The translations under genes and the position numbers were made by a program. Positions 12,895 to 25,633 of a stretch of DNA of 53,709 nt are shown one piece after another. Under the pieces are notes generated by a model that saw only the letters and a list, made by a program, of their open reading frames with translations, did not search any database and was not told the DNA's origin. How positions within the stretch are numbered: position 1 is the stretch's first letter; every line of letters starts with the position of its first letter. The stretch is from Octopus bimaculoides (Eukaryota): positions 125,452,822-125,506,530 of the forward strand of contig NC_068983.1 of assembly GCF_001194135.2 (NCBI RefSeq). The letters run 5' to 3'.

Positions 12895-13547
12895 TCTATG
12901 ATTATAAATGGCAAGTTTGTGTGTTTGTGAATTTGTTACGTTAACTTCCCCGAAATTATACAACAGATCCTGATGAAACTTGACACGTGTGAGGGGTTAA
13001 TGCCCCTGCGCACCTGGAATTTAAAAAGCAAAATCGATTTCTAATCAGCATTGACTGTTCAAAATCGTAAAATTTCGGCATTTTTCGCACTAGCCATCGT
13101 AACATCACTTTGACGAAAAATGTTTCATGGGAATAAACTGACGGTTTATTAACGGAAATCTATTTAGCATTTGCTAATTCTTCAGTTCAATGCGAATAGT
13201 TTTGGTTTGCTAAAACTTATTATTTCAATTCTTTGTTTTAATTCCCCAGCGTTTCAGGTTTTGATTAGATAAGACCATGTTATTTCTCAAGCAAAACTTA
13301 GGCATTTTGCGCACTAGCCGTCGTGATATCAATTTGACGAAATCTGCCCTACATCGTAAAATTTCTCAATTTTACGCGCATGCACAAAAATGAGGACAAC
13401 ACGTGTTCGGTACCAGACTCTTCTCATTTTTTTCGTCAAATTTGTCCTACCCATTAAATTTTCAAAAAATGTCCATTTTAACGAAATTGTTTCATGGCTA
13501 TAAACAAACAAAGTAACGGTAATTTTTTTACTGGGTACCTCAGCTAG
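12895..13547 (+). mobile_element. Probable non-autonomous Helitron
   Basis: 5' A|TCTATGATTATAAAT...GTGTGTTTGTG start. The 3' end has a short hairpin CTGGGTACCTCAG running into the terminal CTAG (13544-13547). Internal 46-bp direct repeats lie at 13077-13122 and 13301-13346. The base after CTAG is A rather than the canonical T. Confidence 0.55.
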
Positions 13548-13761
13548 ATCGTAATAAATTTTCAATCACTGAAACAGCCGACGTTTGTTTCGGATTTAAA
13601 ACAGAAAAAAAAAAGCAAAATATATTTATTATATTCTCCATTCCATTACACGGTTATCGTGCACAAAATGTTTGGTTTTTATTCTTGTGCATACCAGTGT
13701 GTGGTCATCTCTCTCTCTCTCTCTCACTCTCTCTCTCTCTCTCTCTCTCACTCCCTCTCTG

Positions 13762-13801
<40 letters not shown>

Positions 13802-14413
13802 CGTGCGTGTGTGTCTGTGTGTATGTATATATACATATATGCATATGTATGTATGTATGTAATATATATATATATATANNNNNNNNNNNNNNNNNNNNNN
13901 NNNNNNNNNNNNNNNNNNNNNNNNNNNNNNNNNNNNNNNNNNNNNNNNNNNNNNNNNNNNNNNNNNNNNNNNNNNNNNNNNNNNNNNNNNNNNNNNNNNN
14001 NNNNNNNNNNNNNNNNNNNNNNNNNNNNNNNNNNNNNNNNNNNNNNNNNNNNNNNNNNNNNNNNNNNNNNNNNNNNNNNNNNNNNNNNNNNNNNNNNNNN
14101 NNNNNNNNNNNNNNNNNNNNNNNNNNNNNNNNNNNNNNNNNNNNNNNNNNNNNNNNNNNNNNNNNNNNNNNNNNNNNNNNNNNNNNNNNNNNNNNNNNNN
14201 NNNNNNNNNNNNNNNNNNNNNNNNNNNNNNNNNNNNNNNNNNNNNNNNNNNNNNNNNNNNNNNNNNNNNNNNNNNNNNNNNNNNNNNNNNNNNNNNNNNN
14301 NNNNNNNNNNNNNNNNNNNNNNNNNNNNNNNNNNNNNNNNNNNNNNNNNNNNNNNNNNNNNNNNNNNNNNNNNNNNNNNNNNNNNNNNNNNNNNNNNNNN
14401 NNNNNNNNNNNNN

Positions 14414-14465
<52 letters not shown>

Positions 14466-16117
14466 TGTATGTGTATATATATACACGAGGGATGGTGTAA
14501 ATTTACTGGCTTTAAGGGTATCATGAAAGGTCTCATTAGAGCCCGAAAATTACGAGTGTTCTTTTTACGGCGCTGAGAAAAATTCAAGGACTGCTGCAAT
14601 ACGTGCGTGAAACTGAATCTGAAATAAAATCGTAATGGACCGATACTTCTGTAATTTTCGTTTACACAAACCCAGTATTTCTCAGCACCTGCGTTGTACA
14701 CATACAAGCATAAATACATACTTACATACACATACACACACATAACCGGTAACTTAAATTACATGCGCAGGGTTCAGATAGAATTATATGCATTAACTAT
14801 AACTCCTACTATCATGGATAAATGCTGAAATATATTACCCAGGGCGATCCAAGGCGATGTAGGATACATATTCATGGGAGTAGTGTGGTTGCAGACAGAC
14901 AGTTTGAAAGTAAGATACTACACAAATGCCCATCATCTACATTTAGTGCCATTTGTGAACAATTTCTACAGAAATTATATATCAGCTCTTGAACAAATAC
15001 TTAAGTTTAGTCTCAAATGTCAATTTCTTTTTTTGTTTGCTTTTAACATCTGCAGACAGATACTTGTATTCATAAAAATGTATATCCAAGCAGACAAGAA
15101 AAAATCACTGCATTCCCTCTCTCTCTCCCTTATGTATATATATATATATATATATATATNNNNNNNNNNNNNNNNNNNNNNNNNNNNNNNNNNNNNNNNN
15201 NNNNNNNNNNNNNNNNNNNNNNNNNNNNNNNNNNNNNNNNNNNNNNNNNNNNNNNNNNNNNNNNNNNNNNNNNNNNNNNNNNNNNNNNNNNNNNNNNNNN
15301 NNNNNNNNNNNNNNNNNNNNNNNNNNNNNNNNNNNNNNNNNNNNNNNNNNNNNNNNNNNNNNNNNNNNNNNNNNNNNNNNNNNNNNNNNNNNNNNNNNNN
15401 NNNNNNNNNNNNNNNNNNNNNNNNNNNNNNNNNNNNNNNNNNNNNNNNNNNNNNNNNNNNNNNNNNNNNNNNNNNNNNNNNNNNNNNNNNNNNNNNNNNN
15501 NNNNNNNNNNNNNNNNNNNNNNNNNNNNNNNNNNNNNNNNNNNNNNNNNNNNNNNNNNNNNNNNNNNNNNNNNNNNNNNNNNNNNNNNNNNNNNNNNNNN
15601 NNNNNNNNNNNNNNNNNNNNNNNNNNNNNNNNNNNNNNNNNNNNNNNNNNNNNNNNNNNNNNNNNNNNNNNNNNNNNNNNNNNNNNNNNNNNNNNNNNNN
15701 NNNNNNNNNNNNNNNNNNNNNNNNNNNNNNNNNNNNNNNNNNNNNNNNNNNNNNNNNNNNNNNNNNNNNNNNNNNNNNNNNNNNNNNNNNNNNNNNNNNN
15801 NNNNNNNNNNNNNNNNNNNNNNNNNNNNNNNNNNNNNNNNNNNNNNNNNNNNNNNNNNNNNNNNNNNNNNNNNNNNNNNNNNNNNNNNNNNNNNNNNNNN
15901 NNNNNNNNNNNNNNNNNNNNNNNNNNNNNNNNNNNNNNNNNNNNNNNNNNNNNNNNNNNNNNNNNNNNNNNNNNNNNNNNNNNNNNNNNNNNNNNNNNNN
16001 NNNNNNNNNNNNNNNNNNNNNNNNNNNNNNNNNNNNNNNNNNNNNNNNNNNNNNNNNNNNNNNNNNNNNNNNNNNNNNNNNNNNNNNNNNNNNNNNNNNN
16101 NNNNNNNNNNNNNNNNN

Positions 16118-16180
<63 letters not shown>

Positions 16181-16699
16181 TAGAGAGAGGAGGGAGCAAG
16201 GGAGTTACAGAGATCGATAGATATACACATATAAATACAGACACTCAAGATCTTTACATACACGCATGTACATTCATAAATCGACACACACACAAAACAT
16301 AATTTTAATCATGTCATGATTATGATCTGTTGCAGTTTCATTAGATCAATTATCAGAAATTGCAATGGAATTTTTTTGAAAATATTACTTTTGTGATTCC
16401 TGAAGTTAGAAATTTTAGAAGAGGCTAATATATAATAGAAGAAATCGAATTTGAAATAACGTCTGTATCAAGGTAACTGAATATGTTACAAAATATATTC
16501 GGGCACAATATAAAAGTTGATCACAATACACACATACACACACACACATACACCCCCCCCCCACACACACACGTGCATACAAACACAAATACAACCACGC
16601 ATATACACACATACGCACATATACACTTACACACACACACATATCTATGTTGTTATATTTGGGGACGATCATCTTTTGTCAGTGTATAGTGTTTTTTCT

Positions 16700-17150
16700 T
16701 TAGGTGTTCCAGTCATTGGTCCTTTGGCCATGCTACGTCACTGGCTTGAAATGTTCGGTTGAATAAACTGACCTTAATACATATTTGAAAGTCTTACTTA
16801 TTCTATCGGTGTCATTGGGGAAACAACGGATATGTAAATTACCCAACACCAGTCGTCAATCGGTGGGGGTAAACACAAGCAAGCAGACATACTTATATAC
16901 ACTTATGTACACACATACATGTACACACACATACATTTATATATGTACATGCATACGTGCATGCATACACATATACAACGAGCTCCCTAACGCTCCCCGA
17001 GTACCAAATCCACTAACAAATCGTTTGTCGACCCGGTACTCCAGCAGAGTCGAGGTACCAACCAGGACTCTAGTAGAGTCGAGGTAACACGTTGTGGTAC
17101 AAAACCTGAAACCACATGGCTGCAAAGCGATTGTCTGAACCATGCAATCA
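16700..17150 (-). mobile_element. Degenerate tRNA-derived SINE with internal (CA/TA) microsatellite (family D)
   Basis: The head side (AAATCCACTAACAA...GTCGACCCGG...AAACCACATGG) resembles the 43595-43745 copy. It is followed by a microsatellite (~16885-16975) and a unique tail. Confidence 0.5.
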
Positions 17151-17739
17151 TGGATACTACCGAAAATATCTACTGTAATAGTACTCTTGCGTTTTTCTCC
17201 GTCACAACATATGAATGAGAAAGAAAGGGGTGATAGATGAATAAAGAAGGAAGGGGTGATTGCAATCTGGTACTGGGATGATGGAAATTTCACGGTAAAA
17301 AAATCAAACAGCATTTCAACTCTCAGTGAGTATATTTAAAAGAGAGTTATGTGAATGTATTTGTGTGTGTGTGTGTGTGAATTGGACGTGGGTTGGTGAA
17401 CGTTCAACGCTGAAAAGAAAAGTGAAACGGCTTTTCAGCTCTGTGTGAGTATATGTGTGTATGCCTCCGCGTGTACAAGGGGCATATGTGAATTTTTAAA
17501 TGTGTGAACCAGCGTTCTTTCAGTAGCAAACGATGATCGATGTCACATCTCAAAATACAACCACTAGATAACATTGAGAACTGCATTAATTTAAATTACC
17601 ATCCATATGCTATCTTCTGTTCTTATTTATATACAAAATACTACAATTAACCGTCATTTTCGACGGTACCGAGTTAGCTAGGCGATAAAAATTAATACAT
17701 TCACACAAAACGATATGATCTAGACGTATACTTTTAGGA

Positions 17740-17900
17740 GAGAGAGCTAGCCGATTACATCTCCCTCAGTGCTCGAATCCTTCGTATGTCATCGACCTCG
17801 AATGCATGAGAGACAAAATTTAATCTGGATGGAATTTGAACCCGGAAGGTAATGCCGGAAGACATTCTGTAAACACTTATAGAAAACAGTTGGATATGTT
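17740..17900 (-). mobile_element. Degenerate SINE, family A
   Basis: CGATTACATC...CATCGACCTCGAA...GGAATTTGAACCCGGAA resembles the reverse complement of 42160-42380. Confidence 0.45.
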
Positions 17901-18059
17901 TAAAAGATGCGACTTGTACTATGATTATAACATACGCAAATGTAGCGTTGAATCAAATTCCGCGAATAAGCTTCCTTTCGTTAATCATATAGACTGCTTG
18001 GCACTCTTTAAAAACAAGCACAAAGAAATTTAATATCGTATAATAATTTTGTTTGTCAT

Positions 18060-18790
18060 TGCGTTACACAGCCCGTCGATAACACTTTCACGTGATTCAA
18101 GAAAAAGAGGGAGAAAGAAATGGGGAGAGAGAAAAAGAGGGAGAGAAAAGCGTCCATAACGTGAGGTAGAGGGAATGTAATTGTAACACTTTCACGCGAT
18201 TAGTTGAAGGGAAAAAGATGAGAAAGAAAAAGGAGCGAGCAAACGATGATAAGGTGAAAAGTGAGACAGAAAGATGGAAAAAGAAAAAGAGGGAGAAAGA
18301 AAAAGAGGGAGAGAAAAGCGTCCATGACGTGAAGTAGGGGGTACGTAATATTTATTACGTGGTTAAAAAATTAGTTGGATGTACAGGAGAGGAATTAAAA
18401 ATATAATTTTAGCAGAGGGGTGATGTTTTGATTGTGAGGTTAAAGAAAAACAGACATACAGAGAGAGGAGAGAGAGAGAAAGAGAGAGGAGGAAGAGAGG
18501 AGAGAAAAAGAGAGTGGGAGAGATGGCGATGATGATGATGGTGGTGGTGGTGGTGGTTGTGGTGGTGGTGGTGGTGGTGTTGGTAATTTGATAGTGAAAA
18601 GTCTATTGTTTTGAATTGAACTTGGGTTTCTTATATCAGCTATCAATGCATGCGTATTAGTGCAATTCCGTAAAATATTCATTCTTATTTACGTAGCAGA
18701 TATAAAAGATGTATCGTTACGTGGCAGATACAAATGTTGTACGTGGCAAATATAAAGGTTGTATCATATGTATGGGATAATTTTTTTGTG
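18060..18790. repeat. Purine-rich repeat with imperfect tandem duplication and ACGTGGCAGATA triplet
   Basis: Units 18081-18184 and 18185-18350 both begin AACACTTTCACG and share GAGGGAGAGAAAAGCGTCCAT.ACGTGA. Three ACGT(G/A)GCA(G/A)ATA motifs lie at ~18690-18755. Confidence 0.6.
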
Positions 18791-19636
18791 TGTTTTGGAA
18801 TATTTATTTTATGGGTGTTTTGTATTAAGTATATACTATTATGCATAATGTACATAAAATATATATGTATATATATATATAAAGTATTACAATTTTCATC
18901 GTATTTTCGTATTTCAATTCTTTCACTATTCAATGAGTAATAGACACAGACACAACACGGGCTACGCTTTGTGGTTTTTGGATAAACTTTTCAGAAATAA
19001 CCTAATAGGTTTACCATTAATCTCCTTACATATTCAGGTGTCCCGCTTGTTGATATTCATAGCCACTAAAGTACACGTTTGCACATCGAAATTTAAAGAC
19101 TGTGTAATGGGTTCAAATTATGACCTAGAATGTTTTAGCCAAATTATATGAATATATACATAGATAGAGAGACAGACGTATACACACATACCGACACAAT
19201 AATACATATACACACCTAGAAACATGCATATAAACGCATGCCATATATACATATATTCAGCCCCACGCATAGACGCACACACATGTCATACACACACACA
19301 AGCACTCACACCTAGGGTACTGTTCCGTTATGTTAAGATCAACAAAAAATTACTCCATCTGGTTCGAGTTAAATATTAATTAATAGACACAATACGTATT
19401 ATTCTTGTTGAGAAATAATGCGCACACATTTATCAAGCACAAACAACATATAACGAACTAAAAAAAAATTAAACTTACATTTTTTCTATATGTTCCCTTC
19501 TCAACATTTCGCGTTTCTTCTCTCGTTCAATTCTTAGTTCATTATGGCATATGGTTTTCGCCTTATGATTATGTTTCAGATTTTTCTCAACATATGAAAG
19601 TATCATAGCACATAATAACATGCATTGTGTCTATTG

Positions 19637-19680
<44 letters not shown>

Positions 19681-20323
19681 GTGTGTGTCTGTGTATGTGT
19701 GTATTTCATTTGTATGTGTATATGTTGCAATATATGTTGGTATGAATGAAATGCTAAATATAAGGAAGAAATACTCAGCGGGGATTCCACGTTATCTCTG
19801 ACACTTATCGTAAAGCTAATGTATTAAATAAAGCTGTCATACAAAGCAGAAACGTTCTTCTTATGGCGAGAAGATAGATCTTTCACTAGTGCATTATGTC
19901 AACATAGGCAGCAGATTATCATACCTTAAGGTTTACAAAGATTACATACTCTAAAGCAATTATAACTCCTGAGATGGTAACAATTTTCCCGCTGAGAAAT
20001 CCAGATATATGAATACCGAAGGAACTTCTATCATTTAATCAGAACATAATATATGTGCAAGAACGATCTTGACAAACATCAGCTAGTCATAGTAATCAAT
20101 ATCGCAAGGACCGACACACAATGCAAGCAGAACATCCAAGATGAAACATCAATAAACTAATCTCATCTATTGACAATAAAAATGATTCTCGAACAGAACC
20201 TCTCGAAAAACCACATTCATTTAATTTATGTGGTAATAAATAAACGGAAACCACGTAACTGACTGCAACCGTGCGAGCGTTCAGGCAATAAATAAATAAA
20301 ATAAATAATATGCCTATCTACCT

Positions 20324-20355
<32 letters not shown>

Positions 20356-20917
20356 GTCTATCGATACATACATACATACATACGCACATACATACATACA
20401 TAGTACATACATACATGCTTGTATAAGTAATTATTTGAACCTTTCGTATATGATTTGTTGTATGGTGAATGATCTACTTTCACCGTTTACGCTCCCTAAT
20501 GTCATTCATTGGATCTACGTCAGGAATTGCTCAATGTTCGCTGAGTTTATAATGAATGACGGAAATTGAAAATGGAGTTTGCAAGAAACTTTTTTCTACA
20601 CAACCGTCGTTTCGACCCATCATGCATCTGTCCTTTGCGGGTAGGATATTAGTTATGTAGCGAAGTAACTTATTTAAAACCGAGGCACCCGACGAGTTGC
20701 ATTCTGCATTGTGGATGCAGCACAACTAGCTGCACAAACGATCGTTGTGTTGAATAAAGATTCCTGCAAACTCCATTTTGCTTCCCAATCACACGATTCT
20801 GCGCCCGGTCCTACTGCATGCATGTTGTGCTGGTGTGCTAGTGTCTTCTGGTATAGTCTCGGGCCGACCAGAGGTAATGCAGTACGATTGTAGTACAAGC
20901 GCATTATCAGTCGGCAG

Positions 20918-20958
<41 letters not shown>

Positions 20959-21744
20959 CCAGTAAATATCGGTGCCTTGTACCGCTCTTATGAATTTATA
21001 TATATATATATATATACATACACATCCAATTTGAGGGAGTGAGCAAGTAAAATAGAGGCTACATATGTTTTCTAGCCTGCAAATCCTCTGGTGTAATACT
21101 TATTCAGCATCAGCGAGTGGTACTCAGCTGGTTATTCGTCAGACAGAGGATAGTTTAATTATGTGAAGGTTACTTTGTCGTTAGGGAAACTTGTTCAAAA
21201 GTTTTATAATTTTATATTCTAGAAAATCTGGATTCAAAAGGCAATAGGGGATTTGTGTATTTCTTGTTGAAGGGAATAGATTTTCGATACCTAGATTATT
21301 CATCATGATTTACATTTTGCAATACATTTAATTGTTTTCTTCCTCCCTATGGATATCACCGACTACTCTGAGTTCTTTCTCTAATACATTTTTTGTTTCT
21401 AGATCTATAGACGCACGTACACAAAATGACACATTCTCTCTCACACACACATACACACACACAAACACACTCACGCACACGCACAAAGATCCGCCCGCAC
21501 ACGCACAAAGATCCGCACGCACGCGCGCGCAAGCATACACACACACATCTTGCCCGAATTACACCCTCCTATTCTTAGAATCTCCGATAAGTAACGTCAG
21601 GCGAGTTTTGACTAAGAAATGTAAATATGAACTTAACACAGTTATGATATTTGTAGACCTTTCTTGGAGATCACCTCTGAACACAGGAGAAAACGGCCTT
21701 CGTCAGGCATTTTTTACACGCTAGAAGAAGTAGTCAAAACGACC

Positions 21745-21774
<30 letters not shown>

Positions 21775-21777
<3 letters not shown>

Positions 21778-22673
21778 TTTGTCGTAGTAGTCTTTGTCCT
21801 TTGTGTTACATTGTCTCCAAATATTTTCCAAAGGTTTTCAATTGGATTTAAATCCGTACTTTGTACTGGCCACTACATTACTTGCATATTTTGTTTACTA
21901 TCGAATTCACTAACCCACTTTGGAGTATGACATAAGATGTTCTCTTGTACGAAAATACACGGTTGAGTCGGTAATGCTCGTAATGATGGGGTCACATACT
22001 GTTTAACCAAATTCAAGTAGAAATTAGCATTGATAGTCCCTTTAATCGGCACTAGAGGGCCAAATCCTTCAGAATACATCATTCCCTACACCATGATACT
22101 TCATCCTCCAAACTTGGCAAATTTCTTCTGGCACTTGGATTTTAGCCGATCTCCTGTGAATTTCCCAACATACTGTCTACCATCTGAATCTACTGAACTG
22201 AATTTGCTTTCATCCCTAAAATGAACTTTTGACTACTTTTTATCCCTCCAGTTCACATGAGCTTCTGCAAATGAAAGATTTTCCAGTTTGTTTTTCTGGT
22301 TGATGGTAGGTTTCCTTCCTAGGAAACAACCTTTAATCGAAATTCTTTCAGACGACGGGACACCGTAGAGCGGCTCACATCCGTACCATTATTTACTTTT
22401 ATTTTTTTAGAAATTCCGGTCGCAGTCTCGAAAGGTTCTTGCAATGCGTACCGTTTCATGGCTGGATCAACTCGCATGGTAGGTTTGCGTAGTCTACCAA
22501 TAGACTTTTTCGCTTCAAAAATCTTTAGTTTCTTCATAGAGCTTAAGAACGCGTGAAACTTCGGTCTTATATCTCCTTACGTTTTGTGAAATAGCTGAGA
22601 GGGTCATTCCTGAAACTTTGATCCTGGCAATAATTTTCGGAGGTCGGGGAGTATGTTTAGCGTGGTGTGCCAT
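21775..22673 (-). mobile_element. Tc1-like DD34E transposase relic
   Basis: HTH region GRLRKPT...VSRSTVSRRLKEF, then GFGPLVPIKGTINANFYL, FVQENILCH (QDNAPCH motif) and WPVQSTDLNPIENLW. It carries frameshifts and stops, and the 3' end is replaced by (TA)/(GA) repeats. Confidence 0.88.
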
Positions 22674-22961
22674 GTTCGGAAGCTAGAACAATACCGAGAC
22701 AGCAGTAACGTTGAGCCTGCAAATGTAAACAATGTCTGGAATCTAATCGTGATACATTTGGACATGAGACATTTGGACGAAACTATTGTTAGTTTTATTA
22801 AATTTATTAAGACCAACTTAGGTTTTTCAGAGAAATTAGCCAATGGTTAACCGTGTTTATGGAGCCAATTGCGAATTTGTACGTTCGTTAGCCTTTCTGA
22901 TATTTAGAAGAAAATAATCGTTTACATTTTTTGCTCGCTACTGTATGTATGTTTGTGTGTG

Positions 22962-23044
<83 letters not shown>

Positions 23045-23079
23045 ATACACACACACACACGTATATATAAAGGGTTAAG

Positions 23080-23335
23080 AGCCCCTTAGGTCATGAATAA
23101 TCGTGGGATTGCACAGAAACATTTCCCTCACTAGGCACAAATCAAAGCAAAGTTGTTTATGGAAGGCAAGCAGTCGCCCACGCATACCAGTCTCCTCTTT
23201 ACACGCTACCGATGTTATCAAAGGGCAAGGCAAAGGCCGATACAGCTTGGCATCAGTGACGCAGCAACTAATTTCTAAATTTGAATGAACTGGAGCAATA
23301 TGAAATAAATTGTCTTATTCAAATATATTTCGCTT
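23080..23335 (-). mobile_element. SINE family B fragment
   Basis: The reverse complement aligns with 3345-3520 (AAGACA.TTTATTTCA..TTGCTCCAGTTCA...GATAACATCGGT.GC...CTGGTATGC). Confidence 0.75.
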
Positions 23336-24569
23336 AGACATTGCATGTCTAATAACCACTCTGTGCATTTATCGAGTTTTCCGAGTGCGTGCGCATGTTT
23401 TATGCACATATATTATTTTTTTCTACAGTTTCTATTAGTAAATCTAACGCCCTTTTGGATATACACTTTTTAAAGATATATCAGTAATGACTTTCTCACT
23501 GGTAGTGTCTTCCCTCTATATTGCACGAATGTAATTCGTTTTTTCTCAAATGGCATTTCACATTCGAAGCTCCGACGAAGTTATTCGACGTTATTCAGGC
23601 AGTCAAATACGACAGCGCTGCATATATTAGCAAACAAGGCGGTAAGCTAATGAAGTTCATAACAAAACCATTGTTTTTCCTGTCATTTCTTATAGTTATA
23701 TATTCTTATATATTCATGTTAACCCTTCAATGACTACACAATTTGTTTTTATTTCCATTATTTTTTCGTTCCTTCCGTTTTTTCTCCTCTCTCATTCCTT
23801 TCTGTCGAAGAGCGTATGCTTCAAACCTTTTCCATTCTTTCCGAGCATTAAATTAATATACTTACTTTTTACCTTCACCTCTCTTCGTCTATACATACAC
23901 ATATGTATATATACATACATATATATANNNNNNNNNNNNNNNNNNNNNNNNNNNNNNNNNNNNNNNNNNNNNNNNNNNNNNNNNNNNNNNNNNNNNNNNN
24001 NNNNNNNNNNNNNNNNNNNNNNNNNNNNNNNNNNNNNNNNNNNNNNNNNNNNNNNNNNNNNNNNNNNNNNNNNNNNNNNNNNNNNNNNNNNNNNNNNNNN
24101 NNNNNNNNNNNNNNNNNNNNNNNNNNNNNNNNNNNNNNNNNNNNNNNNNNNNNNNNNNNNNNNNNNNNNNNNNNNNNNNNNNNNNNNNNNNNNNNNNNNN
24201 NNNNNNNNNNNNNNNNNNNNNNNNNNNNNNNNNNNNNNNNNNNNNNNNNNNNNNNNNNNNNNNNNNNNNNNNNNNNNNNNNNNNNNNNNNNNNNNNNNNN
24301 NNNNNNNNNNNNNNNNNNNNNNNNNNNNNNNNNNNNNNNNNNNNNNNNNNNNNNNNNNNNNNNNNNNNNNNNNNNNNNNNNNNNNNNNNNNNNNNNNNNN
24401 NNNNNNNNNNNNNNNNNNNNNNNNNNNNNNNNNNNNNNNNNNNNNNNNNNNNNNNNNNNNNNNNNNNNNNNNNNNNNNNNNNNNNNNNNNNNNNNNNNNN
24501 NNNNNNNNNNNNNNNNNNNNNNNNNNNNNNNNNNNNNGGTGAGACACACATAAGAAAGAAGGAAACAAA

Positions 24570-24614
24570 GGACCACTGATGAGGTCACAGAAGTGTGACG
24601 AAAGAACTCTGGCC
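24570..24614 (+). ncRNA. Minimal type I hammerhead ribozyme-like motif (family 2)
   Basis: GGACCA-CTGATGA-G-GTCAC(AGAAGT)GTGAC-GAAAG-AA-CTC-TGGCC has an intact core, a perfect 5-bp stem II and a CUC triplet. Stem I (GGACCA/TGGCC) has one bulge. Confidence 0.65.
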
Positions 24615-24768
24615 AAAATGAGATTAAGATTAATGTAATATAAAGCTGAAGCAAATTAACACCAAATATACAGTGCGTGTGTTTTTATTGGCTAAACTGG
24701 CAATATGACCATCCCCAAGTACAACAACATCTGTTTCAACACACGATTTCACATCAAAAATCTTGCAA

Positions 24769-24807
<39 letters not shown>

Positions 24808-25438
24808 ACTTTAATACATACATATACACACTCACACACACATTTATTTCTATGCATGTATGTATTTATGTATATGTTTATGCTACAGATGTAGCATTTC
24901 AGATTAATGTTTTGAAAAACAATGCCAGTGATGTTGCTGTCTGGCTAAATAGCTATTTTTCTTTTTTCAAGGTAACGTTTAAAAGTTATATAAAGAACAT
25001 ACACTTTCTCTCTCTTATAAGCAAACTCGACTTTAAAATGTCACTTATTTTGTATTCTAAAGTAATGGAGTAGTACTACATTGCGCTAATGGATATATTT
25101 ATATTTAACACAACACAAGAATGGTGACGCTATCCTCACTACTAGTAGTATTACACTTTTAGCTGCGGGGTGTATTTACTTGTTTGTATTTAAACCAATA
25201 ACCCCTACAGCATATTCATTGTCAATATGTAAATTACCTGTCGCAATGGTAGCAAAAAATCGATTTAACGTCTTAAAATTATGATTTTTGCAATATGTCA
25301 CTTCTAATAATGGTGATATTTAGTTATAGGGATGTGCTGTTTATACATAAGATATAAGAATACAACTGTTCTGGCCGTGATTGATTGGGTTTAACATCGT
25401 GATCTCTCTTTCTCCATCTGTGTGCTTGTCACCATCTA

Positions 25439-25476
<38 letters not shown>

Positions 25477-25633
25477 TATTTTTCCTCCTTTGTCTTTTGT
25501 GTCTCGATTTCTTATCCCCATATGCACAAACAGGCACGCACATATTAATGCATGCACGTAACTGCACACACACATACACACACACACACAAACAATCACA
25601 CAAACACACAAACACAAACACTCACACATATGC

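Noticed and set aside
12970-12980. CTGATGAAAC hammerhead-like string
   Set aside because: There is no stem II between the two core halves, and it lies in the Helitron-like 5' region.
13629-16293. Long ORFs of 270-448 aa in the ORF track (also 23730-24654)
   Set aside because: They are open only because they cross N gaps and microsatellites.
21640-21712. Minus-strand CTGACGAAGGCC hammerhead half (also CGATGAAG...CGAAACG at ~43929-43972)
   Set aside because: The GAAA or NUH elements are missing or the stems do not pair; at best these are decayed remnants.
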